DNA from: Chiloscyllium plagiosum
Taxonomy: Eukaryota
Assembly (NCBI RefSeq): GCF_004010195.1
Contig: NW_025214739.1
Location: 1-50,000 of the forward strand
DNA length: 50,000 bases
Reading direction: 5' to 3'
Part shown: piece by piece, positions 1 to 12,117 of the stretch
How the letters are laid out: each line of letters begins with the position of its first letter
How positions within the stretch are numbered: the first letter of the stretch is position 1
The notes under the pieces: model-generated
What the model was told of the DNA's origin: nothing
The model's database searches: none
Seen by the model: the letters and a program-made list of their open reading frames with translations, nothing else
Position numbers and translations under genes: made by a program

Positions 1-62
1 CAATTCAGTCTTTTATTTTTCTTTCCTTTTCCATCTTTTATCATTACTCAATAAAGGTTGTG

Positions 63-390
63 TGTGGCATGCTGGTTCATTGGTTAACACTGCTGCCTCA
101 CAGCACCAAGGATCTGGGTTTGATTCCAGCCTCAGGCGACTGTCTGTGTGGAGTTTGCACATTCTCCCACTGTCTGCGTGGGTTTCCTCCAGGTGCTCCG
201 GTTTCCTCCCACAGACCAAAGATGTGCAGGTTAGGTGAATTGGCCGTGCTAAATTGCCCATAGAGTTAGGTGCATTAGTCAGGGGTAAATATGGGGAATG
301 AGTTTGGGTGGGTTACTCTTCGGAGGGTCGGTGTGGACTAGTTGGACCGAAGGGCCTGTTTCCACACTGTAGGGAATTGAATCAAATCGA
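63..390 (+). mobile_element. HE1-like V-SINE (tRNA-derived)
   Basis: tRNA-like head (tggttaacactgctgcctcacagc...gggtttgattcc), V-domain (tgtgtggagtttgcacattctccc...ggtttcctcccaca), CR1-like tail (ggaccgaagggcctgtttccacactgta). Confidence 0.88.
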
Positions 391-929
391 ATGTTCATAT
401 TTAAGCAAATTGCTATGGTTGAATCTTAACTACATTTAACCGAATCTGTAAAGAACCACTTGGATACACCGTGTGATCCAAAACAGTTTTCTAAGTCTTC
501 TATGACAAAGACAGACATAAAGTACCTCGTTAATATCTGTCATGCTTTGTTTCCCATCATTAATTCCCCAAATTCACTTTCGAGGACCATCACTAGTTTT
601 CGTCACTCTTCTCTTATTTAAATGCTTGTAAGAACTATTTTTGTACTATATAAAAACCAAACAAACTGTGGATACTGTATATCAGAGACAAAAACAGAAA
701 ACTGAGGAGGTTCTGAGGAAGGGTCACTCAACCCAAAATGTTAACTCCGATTTCTCTGCTGCTCGACCTGCTGAGCTTTTCCAGTAATACATAGTTTTGT
801 CTCTGTTTTTATATTACTGGTTACTTCTCTCATTTTGGAACAAATGCTGACACATTCAGATGGAGAGCATTTAACTCTTGTCTTTCTACCATTTTTACAA
901 ACTGCATACTTATCTGCTGGTGTGCTTAA

Positions 930-1640
930 CAGTGCTGTCGGCATTTCTTAATGGTCATTTCTATTTATGACTCATTTTTAAATGATCAGTTTATTGCTTT
1001 GGCATTGTTTTTTATCACTTTTTTTACTCTTAATTGTTATTATTGAAATTTATGTTTAAGTTTGTACTCTCTGTCTCTTTCTAACCCCTAACACTATCAT
1101 TATTTCAGTTTAATACTACCTTTCTCTCTTACCGTTTTCCCTCTGCATTACTACATCTCTTCCCACAGGATCCCCCCCACCCCGCTCCTTTCCACCCCCA
1201 ACCTCAACACCACCACCACTACCCACACTGTTTAGTTTAACGTTTTCCCAACCTGAGTTACACGACTTACTGAGCCGATCAGGTAAAATGCATCTCCTAT
1301 TTCCCCAGTATAAAAGACCACTGATTCTCTCTGCACAGATGTCATAAGAGATGCTGAGCATTTCCAACACTTCATGTTGTGACTGCAGTGAAATACCTCT
1401 TTTGCCTGCTCTCCAAACAGCAGTCAGACTCCCTGTGAGTGTCTCAACTCCTTCAGCAAGAAACCCAGCAGCAGCTGCCTTAGACCTGGTTTGGCACAAC
1501 ATGAAACATAAATTTCAATAAAAAAAGTTAAGACGTAAAAAGTGTGATTTGCTGAGCCAAAAAAAATGCCAAACCAATAAATTGATCATTTTAAATGAGT
1601 CATAAATAAAAATGACCATTAAAGCATGCCAACAGCACTG
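930..1640. mobile_element. Candidate non-autonomous DNA transposon with ~130-bp terminal inverted repeats, flanked by TTAA
   Basis: 930-1057 is an imperfect reverse complement of 1504-1640 (CAGTGCTG...CAGCACTG); TTAA at 926-929 and 1641-1644. Confidence 0.6.
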
Positions 1641-3375
1641 TTAATTAATAAAATGCCTTTTGCTTCAGAAGCAGAATTAGGGAGAAAGACAGATCAGGCC
1701 CCAACTCAGTTGAGAAGTTAGATTTAATAGCATTGACCTGGTGTCCTCCTGTGGTGCAAATTCTAAACTGACCTTGGCGGAGTCTTTCAGTCTGTGCATT
1801 CCTCCACGTGCAATCCACTATGTGGATGGTTCACTTTGGAAGGGAAGAGGAGAAGGGCCAGAGTGTATATCCCAACATTGAGCAGCATCTCCAGGTCTCA
1901 GCATTCCCTTTCCCACAAACACCCAACACTGAGGGAAGACAGAGATCAGAAAACAACATAGGAACATAGAACCTGAAATAACTCCTGTGTGGGGCCCAGC
2001 CCCGGGACGACACTCCAATCAGGAAGGAGGGTTGGGAAAGGCCAGAGAAATGAGGCACTAGGCCGTTTCCTCTGACAGGCTTCATTCGTCACCTTGACAT
2101 GTTCTTTGCCCATTTCAAGAGCAATCTGCCATGCCATTTCAAGAGCTTTCATAGAATCTTCAAGCTTCAACGTCAATCATTGAATAACGGTTCCAACTAG
2201 TGCCGCCCTTCTCTTGTGTTCAGACCTGCACCTTGGCATGTGTATTCTTTTTCCAAAAGCCTGCTGAATGGTCCTTATTTGAAATTCTGTTCAACTCCTC
2301 TGTCACTAAGTCCGCAGCCGTGGGCTTCCAGCCCTTTCCCTCACATTGGAAATACCTACAGACGATTCTGTACCAAATTAAGTTGTCATTGGTCATCCGG
2401 TGGATTGAGTTGGTGACACAGCCAGCGGACAAGGATGGAGAAGAACGTGAGCAGCAGAACATCCGCTGCTAAGCTCTCAATAGTGGCTACAAGTCTAGTA
2501 CTCAATTTACCATCTTCTTTTCTCCAGCGACTGGGTGGCCCTTCAAGGTAGTCTCAAATTCCATTAATGTCCCACAGCGGCAGCCTCCAGCCCAGGCCTC
2601 TGCTTTCCACCACTGACTAACCCGTGCTATCCAAATGCCACCTGTTGCCATAGAAACAAGCCAGGCATATGGAGCTGGGAGGAGTGTCAGAGGCAGGTTT
2701 AAAAGCACAAAAAAAAACAGCCCGGGGATTAATTCCAGTGAATTGGGGATTCAATACAGAGAAGCTGATCCTGCACAGGAACCCTGCACTTCATTGGGGA
2801 CAAGGTGTGAGGGTGGGGGTGAGGACAGGCTGCTGAGAAACAGCTGCTGCCAACATTCCCTCACACAAAGGACAATGAGGCAGTCAAGATACAGGGTACT
2901 GGTGAAGCTGGTGCTTCCTGCTACTTGTCAGACCAGCAACATTCACTGACCAACTTGCCTATCTGAAATATAAGCATTGTCCGCAGCCTCCTGTCTCCCT
3001 AGGACTGGGCACTGTCTCCACGCCCCCAACCCCATCTACACCCCACCCCCTCCCAGGCCCTGGAGTTTTCTCGCTCGGCCGATCACTATCTGAACAACAC
3101 TAACCTAGTGGTTTTACTGTAATTAACCTGGAGCTCTTGTGGAGCTGTGGTAGTGTCCCGTTTCTGACCTGGGAGGCCCAGGTTCCAAAGCCACTTGCTC
3201 CAGAGCTGTGTCTCATAACAGCTCTTATCAAAGCTGATTTGGAAAATATCGAAAACAGAAGCTAGGGTTTTTGTGGCACATTGGTAGTATCTCTATCTCT
3301 GAGCGAGGAGGCTTGTGCTCATCTGCCATTTACTCCTGGCATGTCTAATCAGGTTGATGAAAACCAGTAGCTGAC

Positions 3376-3579
3376 AGTGTGGTGCTAGAAAAGCACAGCA
3401 GGTCAGGCAGCATCCAAGGAGCAGGAGAGTCAACATGCCAGGCATAAGCCCTTCATCAAGAAGGCTTACGCCCGAAACGTTGTTTCTCTGGTTCCTTGGA
3501 TGCTGCCTGACCTGCTGTACTTTTCCAGCACCACATTCTCGACTCTGATCGCCAGCATCTGCAGTCCTCACTTTCTCCC
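3376..3579. mobile_element. Short palindromic Penelope-derived insertion (inverted terminal repeats)
   Basis: Inverted arms tgtggtgctagaaaagcacagcaggtcaggcagcatcc / ggatgctgcctgacctgctgtacttttccagcaccaca; degenerate 21-bp duplication at 3355-3375 and 3580-3600. Confidence 0.8.
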
Positions 3580-3752
3580 TGATGAAAATTAGTAACTAAC
3601 CTCTTGTTAACTGGACCAGCCTGTGTGCCTTTGGCTGATGGACTGATTTTGCAGGAGTGTTCTAGCCAACGGTTAACTGAATAAAGTTCATTACAAGCTC
3701 AGAAGCTACTTTACTTCACAATAGGTGAATATGGAGAATCGATTGATAGAAC

Positions 3753-4600
3753 TTATAGAGTCTTAGAGTCATACAGCATGGAAACAGACCCTTCAGTTCA
3801 ACTATCCACGCTGACCAAGTTTCCCAAACTAAACTAGTCCCACCTGCCTGCATTAGGCTCATATCCCTCTAAACCTTTCCTATTTTTGTAACTGTCCAAA
3901 TGTCTTTTTAATCTTGTAACTGTACCTGCATTTACCACTTCCTCAGACTGTTCATTCCACATATTAACCTACTGTGTGAAAAAGTTGCCCCTCAGGTCTC
4001 TTTTCAATCTTTCTCCTCTCACCTTAAAAGTATGCCCCCTAATTGGAAAGACTTTTGCTGTTTACGTAATTCTATTCCCCTCATGATTTTACAAACCTCT
4101 ACAAGGTCACCCCTCAACCTCCAAACTGATGAAGGGCTCCTGCCCGAAACATTGATATTCCTACTCCTCGGATGATGCCTGACCTGCTGTGCTTTTCCAG
4201 CACCACTCTAATCTTGACTCTGATCTCCAGCATCTGCAGTCCTCACGTTTGTCCAGTGAAAGAAGTCCCAGCCTATCCAGCCACTCCTTATAACTCAAAC
4301 CCTCCAATCCTGGCAACATCCCGATAAATCTCCTCTGAACCTTCTCCAGCTTAATAATGTCCTTCCTATAACAGTGCCACCAGAACTGTACACAGTATTC
4401 CAAAAGTGGCCTCACCAATGTCCTGCACAATCTCAACATGGCATTCCAACTCCTATGCTTAATGGTCTGAGCAATGAAGGCTAGTGTGCTAAATGCCTTC
4501 TTAACCACTTTGTCTACCTGTCACACAACTTTTAAAGAACTATGCACCTGAACCTCTAAGTCTCTCTGTTAGACAACACTATCCAGAGACCTATCATTAA
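3753..4600 (-). mobile_element. CR1 LINE 3' fragment, interrupted by a PLE terminal repeat (about 4123-4251)
   Basis: Translates RTLVRPLLEYCVQFW...DIIKLEKVQRRFIGMLPGLEGLSY (CR1 ORF2 C-terminus); short tandem tail at the left end. Confidence 0.88.
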
Positions 4601-4635
4601 CTGCCTAGGGTAATGTGTACACTTCTGGAGTTTAA

Positions 4636-4945
4636 ATTAAGATTAGATTAGATTACTTACAGTGTGGAAACAGGCCCTTACGACCCAACAAGTCCACACC
4701 GACCCGCCGAAGCGCAACCACCCATACCCCTACATTTACCCCTTACCTAACACTACGGGCAATTTAGCATGGCCAATTCACCTGACCTGCACATCTTTGG
4801 ACTGTGAGAGGAAACCGGAGCACCCGGAGGAAACCCACGCAGACACGGGGAGAATGTGCAAACTCCACACAGTCAGTCGCCTGAGGCGGGAATTGAACCC
4901 GGGTCTCGGGTGCTGTGAGGCATCAGTGCTAACCACTGTGCCACC
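4636..4945 (-). mobile_element. HE1-like V-SINE
   Basis: Reverse complement of the same head/V-domain/tail, with an (AATCT)n tail; many CpGs retained, so a young copy. Confidence 0.9.
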
Positions 4946-5134
4946 ATATCCCTTTGCCTTATTATCCACACAACCTTTCTCTGGGGTTTCAACACCTATT
5001 TCTATTCTATTCATATTCTACTTCAAAACCTTGCCTGATCAGACAGCATTTGTATTGTTTCTCTCAGTGTTTTCGCGTTTGCTGTTCCCAACCAAAGCAA
5101 CTAAGACTTTTCAAAATGTAGCATTCCCCTCAAA

Positions 5135-5380
5135 CGCACACTCACAGACACACACACAGACACAGACACACACACAGACACAGACACACACACACAGACA
5201 CACACACAGACACACTCACAGACACAGACGCAGACACACAGACGCAGACACACACACAGACAGGCACAGACACAGACGCAGACATGCACACACACAGACG
5301 TAGACACACACGCACAGATGCAGACACACACACACAGACACACACACAGACACAGACGCAGACACACACACACACACACA
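5135..5380. repeat. Compound (CA)n/(CAGA)n microsatellite in SELENOM intron 2
   Basis: Continuous cacacacagacacagac-type repeats. Confidence 0.97.
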
Positions 5381-5613
5381 ATGTATTTATGCACTCCGTC
5401 TCAAATTTGCGATTGTGCCAAATTCTTCTGGCACAGAAGTGGCCAGAACTTGCTTCGAGCTGACATTCCAAGACCCTCATTATGGCAGTGTCTGTACTGA
5501 AGAAGCCCAGTTCACTGTCACGGGAAAGGAAGGCAGAAAGCATTTATTCACTTCAAAAACACTGACTACTCGATGGAAAACTGGAGAGAGACGAGCACAA
5601 GGAAAGTCCTTAC

Positions 5614-5649
5614 CTCTGTCAGGACAGATAACTGTCACCCGCCGCAGGT
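5614..5649 (-). CDS. SELENOM: Selenoprotein M, coding exon 2 containing the Sec (TGA) codon
   Basis: 36-nt exon with strong acceptor ttctcccttttccag| and donor GAG|gtaagg. Reads ACC TGC GGC GGG TGA CAG TTA TCT GTC CTG ACA GAG = TCGGUQLSVLTE, matching human SELENOM TCGGUQLNRLKE. TGA at 5635-5637. Confidence 0.93.
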
Positions 5650-5805
5650 CTGGAAAAGGGAGAACAATTAATCAGAGTCAATTGAACACGAAAAAATCTG
5701 CAACTACTCAAAGAATCTGAAACTATTTGAACGAAGTAACCGGCAGGAAGGTGAGATGGGAGGGTGATCCTCCCGTTATCTCCCGGGTTACTGTTCTAGC
5801 TTTAC

Positions 5806-5916
5806 CTCCACCCTGCCTCGGGCTAGTGTTGGCGGCTTCTCCAAATTGAGTTTGTAGCCGGACACCGCCTGGGTCAGGGTCAGGGTCAGGGTCAGCAGCA
5901 CCGGCGGCGGCAACAT
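5806..5916 (-). CDS. SELENOM: Selenoprotein M, coding exon 1 (signal peptide + start of mature protein)
   Basis: ATG at 5916. Translates MLPPPVLLTLTLTLTQAVSG-YKLNLEKPPTLARGRVE (37 aa: hydrophobic signal peptide, then LARGRVE, like human SELENOM LTRARVE). Ends at a phase-0 donor GAG|gtaaag. Confidence 0.9.
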
Positions 5917-5959
5917 GTTGCACAGATCCAGTGAGCACCAGCCCCCACTGAACAACTCC

Positions 5960-6160
5960 GCTTTCTGGCCCTCTATAAATCGTGCTTGCCACGTCAGGGA
6001 CTCCACCAGGGAGCATGGGGGAGGTGGAGGTCTGGGCTGGAGGCGGAGACTGAGATTGAAACTGCAGAGCCGCACTGTCCACCCGATTGGAGCCATCTCC
6101 AGATGGTAACAGGGAGTCAGATACAGGACGTTCCTGCCCATCCATTGGCCAACGAGTGCA
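5960..6160 (-). promoter_or_regulatory. Putative SELENOM proximal promoter
   Basis: GC-richer segment just upstream of the ATG. Contains an AT-rich TATA-like element (5974-5980), TGACGTGGC (5988-5996) and CCAAT boxes (6086-6090, 6144-6148). Confidence 0.55.
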
Positions 6161-8107
6161 GTCACTAAAGGGACACCTTCTACCAACTCTAGGAGTGCAT
6201 CTGCACAACTCAAAACAGCTAAGCTAAGGCCGAGTTAAACTAAAATAAAATGATAACAATTTGTGTCAATGAAAAATGTCCCATTTTCTAACCTTCAGAT
6301 GAATAACAAGTAACACAAATAAAAACTAGGTTTCTCAAGAACTCAGATATGAAGGTACCCAAACCTGGAAGTTCTCAATCTCGATCCCCAGTGGTGACCT
6401 CAGGCAGAATGAGCTTCCAGTGGGTCACTGTATCCAGAGGTTAATGACCTTGGTGACAATTCCTGCTCCCCTGTTCTGTTCTATTCTCCAGGAAGTGCGG
6501 GTGCTTCCTGAGTGAAGGACTGGAGCTGGGCTTTGATACAATGGAATTCCCTGTTAACCCAATGGTCAAAGCCAAATATGAAGCATGATACCTGGAAGTG
6601 GCACCAGAGAAAGTGACTACCCAGGGGATAGACTCAGAGGGAATTGGAGGATAACATTTGTCAGTCCCTCTCAGAAAACGGATAAAAGTATTAAAATTTG
6701 CATCGTTAAATGTTTTAAATTGTAATTATTAGTGACCTACATTTATATAGTGCTTTTCACACCCTCAGAACATCACAAAGTTCTTTAGAGCCAATAGGGC
6801 ATCCTTGTAATATAGAAAGTTCAGACACTAATTCATGCACAGTGATAATGACTAGGTAATCTGTTATAGTAATATTGGTTGAGATAGAGATACTGGTTAG
6901 GATACTATGGGAAAAAGGCACAAGCTGCTGGGATATATTATGTAGATATCTGATCTGCACTGAAGCATCTGAACTCAGCTGCAGGATCAGTCTGGGCCCT
7001 GTAAATGCTCTCAGCTCCCCAGGCAACACAGGGGGTAAAACAGCTGAATGGGCAAGACAACAGAGGGCAGGAAATTCCTGTCAATGTTCCAATGCAAGCG
7101 CAGAAGGGTGAAAAATAAAAACAAAGAAGCCCAGTCTGTGCAGCATGTTCAGATCTGTTCAGTAGTGAAATTGCATTTTGTGCAAGGACTAAAACAAAAT
7201 GTAACAATACAGGAGGACGTAAGAGGAGGAGTGGAGGTCACAGATATGACCTACGGCTAAAAATAAGTCTCAAGCTTGCAGTGCGCAAATGCTTGATGAA
7301 GGGCTTTTGCCCGAAACATCGATTTTCCTGCTCCTCGGATGCTGCCTGACCTGCTGTGCTTTTCCAGCGCCACTCTGATCTAAACTATATACTGCCAAGT
7401 GTTGTGCAGACATACAAAGTGGAAAATGTTCATATATTGGATTGTACCAAGTCAAAAGATGTCAGCTGGAATCCCACAGGATACTCTATCATTGGCCTCA
7501 GTACCACTGATTTAATCATGAGAGGGCAGGTTTCTTTTCTGGACCTGTGTTCAGAAATTCCTGCTGGAAGTGTGTGAATGTGGGCATTGCTCAGGACAGA
7601 AAGAAGCTCAGCTGTGAAGCTTCTATTGTTTGAAAAGCCCTTTGAATAATGTTATGGAAACGAAATAGGTATTAGTTGTGGTGTGTGGTCAAAAGCTCAG
7701 CCCAGGAACAATTACATCACGAAGGCCACACACAGACCTAATTAAGCTTAAATAGCTTCCATGGAGGGAGATGAAGTTCGTAATTACAGAAAAGAAAATT
7801 GTCATGGGGATCGAAGATGATGACTTTGATCTTTCCAATAATTAACTGGAGGTTACTTCTGCTCATCCAGTACTGAATCAGTATCAGACAACATATAGTA
7901 GAGAGATTGAGAGAAGTGGTGCTGAGGTGGAGTTGAGTATCAGGTGGAGACAGTTTAAACAGCTAGAAATTGATTCTGTGCTTTTTGGGTGATGTCCACA
8001 TGGATGAGTAATAGTAAAGTGTCAAACATAAATCTGTGGGGGACACCAGGGAGTAACTGTGCAAGATTAGGAAGAGTTACTGTTGCAAGTGTTACAGTTC
8101 TTCTAAT

Positions 8108-9100
8108 AGAAACATAGGAGCAGGAGTAGACCATTTGGCCCATCATTGCTCATTCTGCCATTCACCATATTTGTGACTGATCCTCTATTTTAATGCCAAT
8201 CTCCCACTCTCTCATCATACTCCTTGAAACCTTTAGCTTCAAGAAAATGTATTTATGTTTTAATTACATTCAATGACTTGGCCTCTACAGCCTTCTATGG
8301 TAGATAACTCCACAGATCACCACCCACCAAGTGAAGAAATTTCTCCCCATTTTGGTCTGAAATGGCCTACCCCATAGTCCATGACCCCTTGTTCCAGACC
8401 CCCTGCTGGGTAAACATCATCCCTGCATCCATGGAGCCTTGTCCAGACCTGTGCAGGGTTTTTCACATTTCAATGTAATTCCCTCTCATTCTTCTAATCC
8501 CCAGTAAGTATGGATCCAGTTGACTCAATGTCACAGGACAAACCTGCCATTCCCTGGAATCAGGCTGCTGCTGTCCCTCAGCAGCAAGTTTATCTTTTCT
8601 TAGGTAAAGAGATCAAAACTGCACACAGTACTCCGAGTGTGGTCTCACCAAGGCCATGTATGGCTGCAATTAGACCTCCTTGCACTTGTACTCAAACCCT
8701 CACACAATGAAAGTCAACATATCATTTGCCTTCTGAACTGCTTGCTGCACCTCATGCCTGCTTTTTTGGTGACCGCTGTGCAAGGACACCTCTATCATGA
8801 CTTAAATAATGCTCTGTCATTCCATTTTCCCACCAAGGTGGACAATTTCACAAGTATCTGCGTTATACTGTATCTGCCATTTTTTTCCAAACTCTCAAAC
8901 TATCTAAATTGCCCTGAAGCCTCTTTTCATCTTCCGCACCACTCCCACTTCCACTCCCACCTAGTTTTGTGACAGGACCAAGCTTTGAAATTACAACATT
9001 TGATTCCCTGATTAATATATGTTATGAGGTTAGGACATGAGTATAAATCCCTGCAGTACTATATTGTCACTGTCTTCAACATTGAAAATGACCCATTTAT
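8108..9100 (-). mobile_element. Degenerate CR1-type LINE 3' fragment
   Basis: Typical tail (aacataggagcaggagtagaccatttggccc) and the reverse complement of the LVRPHLEYCVQF region (caaaactgcacacagtactccgagtgtggtctcacc). Confidence 0.7.
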
Positions 9101-9894
9101 TTGCCACCATCACAGAATTTGTTTTCATTCATTCACAGTATGAGGATGTCACTGGCTAGGCCAGCATTTATTGCCCACCCCTAATTGTCCAGAGGGCAGT
9201 TAAGAGTTGACCACATTGCTGTGGGTCTGGAGTCACATGTAGGCCAGACCAGGTGAAGATGGCAGTTTCCTTTCCTGAAGGACATTTAGTGAACCAGATG
9301 GGATATTACCTGAGATTTTGATAAGAGCCATTTTCATACTGTTGGCTATGGCATGGATTTGGGAGATTCAAAGACTTTGAAAATGAGATGGTTTGGAAAA
9401 TATGGTTTATAAAAACTGAGGGGTCAGCGATTAGAACAAAAGAAAACATGCATCTAGTAAATTAGTTAGTGACATAACCATAAGTGTAATGTAATTGCAC
9501 CAATTGTTGGACTTTTTTTCTGAGCTGCAATTTATCTTGCTATGATCACGTTATAAAAAACAATGAACATGAAACTGTGTCATTCTTGCGGCAAGTTAGA
9601 ATTTAGCGTAGTACTTGTAATTGTCACTAGAGGGCAGTCAATTGCAGCCTTGGCTGATAGTGCTGTTTGGTGCACAATCGCTCACTGTGATGTTACAGCC
9701 TCGGTTTCACGATGGTCACACGTTCCAGTTCTAAACTGTCAAATGCTGCACCCTTAAACCTACGTCTGGGATGCATTGAACCAATTAATTTTATTTACAG
9801 CCCCAATCAGTATAATCCAGTCATAATGACAACCTGACTGTTGCCTGAGTTAAAATAATGAACCTGGTGTTGTGTGATTTTTAACAGTTAAAAT

Positions 9895-10175
9895 AAATAA
9901 GACATGCATTTATATAGCATCCTTCAATCTTGATCACTGCATGTCCGCGAGCGCCTGAAAGCTAATTCGTGTTCTTGAACTCTAGTTACTACTACTACTG
10001 TAAAGAAGCGTGGGAATCAATTTGCATAAAGAAGTTCCCACACACAATTGTGGGATAATGAGCAATTCATCTTGTTTTGTGATATTGATTAAAGGATAAA
10101 TATTACCTGGACACCAGGAACAATTCTTCTTCAAAATAGTGTCATGGGATCCTTTACACCCATCCAAGAGGTAGA
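9895..10175 (-). mobile_element. Ancient Deu-domain SINE relic (SacSINE1/AmnSINE1-like); further copies near 6735-6960, 26030-26200, 31330-31620, 34980-35160
   Basis: Recalled Deu-domain motif aatttgca...agttcccaca...gataatga...ttgattaaaggataaatatt...ggacaccagga...cttcttcaaaatagtgtcatgggatc recurs in degenerate form at these sites. Confidence 0.6.
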
Positions 10176-12117
10176 TCCTGGCTGGTCTAGTCTCGTCCTG
10201 ACTCGGGGGTCAGAGTACACTAACTGAGCGACAGCTAACACACACAAGTACTGATTCATGATAAGAACAACATGAGCTAGCTTCAGCCCTGTGCACCTAC
10301 ACCTGACTCTGTTGAATGATTGAAGATACTGGCAAGGAGTCTGACAGAGTCTGTCTCCTCTCTCACCAGCTTTGTTGAGTATTATCCAGACTTGGAGTCC
10401 TACCAATTTTGAGCTTTCCTAATCTATCCAAGATGACAGGACTATTCATTTAAATATTAATAAAACAATTAAATACCAAGCATTTCCCATCAGAAACATT
10501 ATCTGTGTTATAACTCAGATAGACAGGCAGGGTTGGATAGAATGGACCTAAAGTTGGATTCTTCCCAGTCCCTGAATGCTATGGGAACTCCCAGCTGTTG
10601 GGAGTAGAAGTCCCATTTTCCAGCCAGATCTTGGATGAGATTCCTACTAGTGTGTGAGGAGAGGCTGGTTTGTTTGTATCAGTGTGCACTAACAGCTTCA
10701 TTATTATCTCATTTCACCTCAATGAGACACAGCTTCCCATTCTCCCACCAGTCAGATTGAAACTAGATAGTAACAATCCCTGAATTAAAGTTTAAAGCAG
10801 TAACTTGGCAACCCTAGCTTGCTGTTTGCTCCTCTGGACTCCTATTAGGGCATGCTCCTTAGGCAGTGACCACATGTGCCCTCTGCCCACCACAGCCTTC
10901 AGATTCCCCATTCACAAAGCAGGATGCCAGTTACCCTGAGTTCAATATGTTTGGGACAAAAAATGTAAATTATGCAGGGCAGATGTGAACTGCCAGCTCT
11001 TCCCTGGCTGCACAGCCAGACTTTAAGGATAATAACTGGAATTTCATGAGGTCCTGGCAGTGGCTGGTACTTCTGCCTGTAGTAAGTGAGCACCGTAGAG
11101 GAATAGTGGATAGGTACTGAGGCAAATTTGGGAATATAGCATGAGAAATTCACCAGGGCACACTGAGAGAAACCCTCCATGAAATTTACCAACATTGACA
11201 CTTGTTTGATTTTTGGTAAAATTCAGCCCTAAGTCTTTAAACATTTTGGTGTTTTCATTTACAGAGACATATTAAATATGTTATGTGCAGGTGAGGAAGG
11301 GTAATCAGCTCCACTCATTTTAACAACCTCAGTCAATCACAACAAAGACTTCATTTCTTTGTCGCAACCATTTCAATGAAAATGCAGTTCACTAGATCAG
11401 AACAAAACAGACAATGACCAAAGTTTTCTTAAGTAAACAAAAGTGTAATTTTGTTATCTCCGAATACTGGGAAAAATATTTTTTTAAATGCTATAAAATA
11501 CATTCGCAAACACAAATAAGGCCTAACAAGAACAGAGTGTGGGCAAAAGGAGCTCATCAGCGTGGAGGACAGAATTCATGACCTGAAATTGTTGGATTCA
11601 ACATTGAGTCCTGAAGGCTATAATCAGAAATTGAGGAGCTATGCCTCCAGTTTGTTTTGAACATTGCTGGAACATTGCAACAGGCCTGGGATGGATGTAT
11701 TTCATGTTCTTTCAATTATTGCTTTCATACTAACATAAGGCATTGACATATTTTGTGCTATTAACACCTAACTTTAACACCTCCCCTTCATCTATATCCC
11801 TCCACGTCTAATGAGCTCCTGATCAGCAAGTTCCTGACACTGGCTGTCGACGGTCCATCAATTATTGAGCCAGATGAATAAATGTCTTATTATTTACATT
11901 TATAAGGTAACAAACTCAAATCTAACTTATTACTTCTCATTTTAGACTCATTTTAGACTCACATGAGTACTTTGTGGGGATCAGGTAGCTGAATGGTTTA
12001 TGATCTAGAAGTGATGTTAACAGTATGGGTTCACCTCCCTCACTGGCTAAAGAACTCTCCTCCTAAACCTTTCCCTCACCTGAGGCATGGTGATCCTCAG
12101 GTTAAACCACCACCAAT

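Noticed and set aside
63..135. tRNA-like A/B boxes at SINE heads
   Set aside because: They are the tRNA-derived heads of HE1-like SINEs, not tRNA genes.
2015..2090. SECIS-like ATGA-N13-AAA hairpin on the minus strand
   Set aside because: A stem can form, but there is no correctly placed 3' GA for the kink-turn quartet, and SELENOM exons 3-5 were not found upstream of it, so it lies in an intron.
1265..2930. Exon-like minus-strand segments (near 1270-1330, 1397-1485, 2511-2642, and a GTATCT donor-like site near 2890) as SELENOM exons 3-5
   Set aside because: None translates to the expected VKAFV..DIP.Y or HNL.MKH.PGADPEL sequence in any frame.
4662..5543. Long ORFs rich in HT/CV dipeptides
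   Set aside because: They are translations of a SINE plus the CA microsatellite.
5806..5850. KPPTLARG resemblance to AGR2/AGR3 (PQTLSRG)
   Set aside because: The next exon gives TCGGU, not WGD; SELENOM explains the sequence and the synteny.
5723..6213. Listed 161-aa and 141-aa minus-strand ORFs
   Set aside because: One is out of frame with the real exon; the other merely extends SELENOM exon 1 through promoter and intron sequence.
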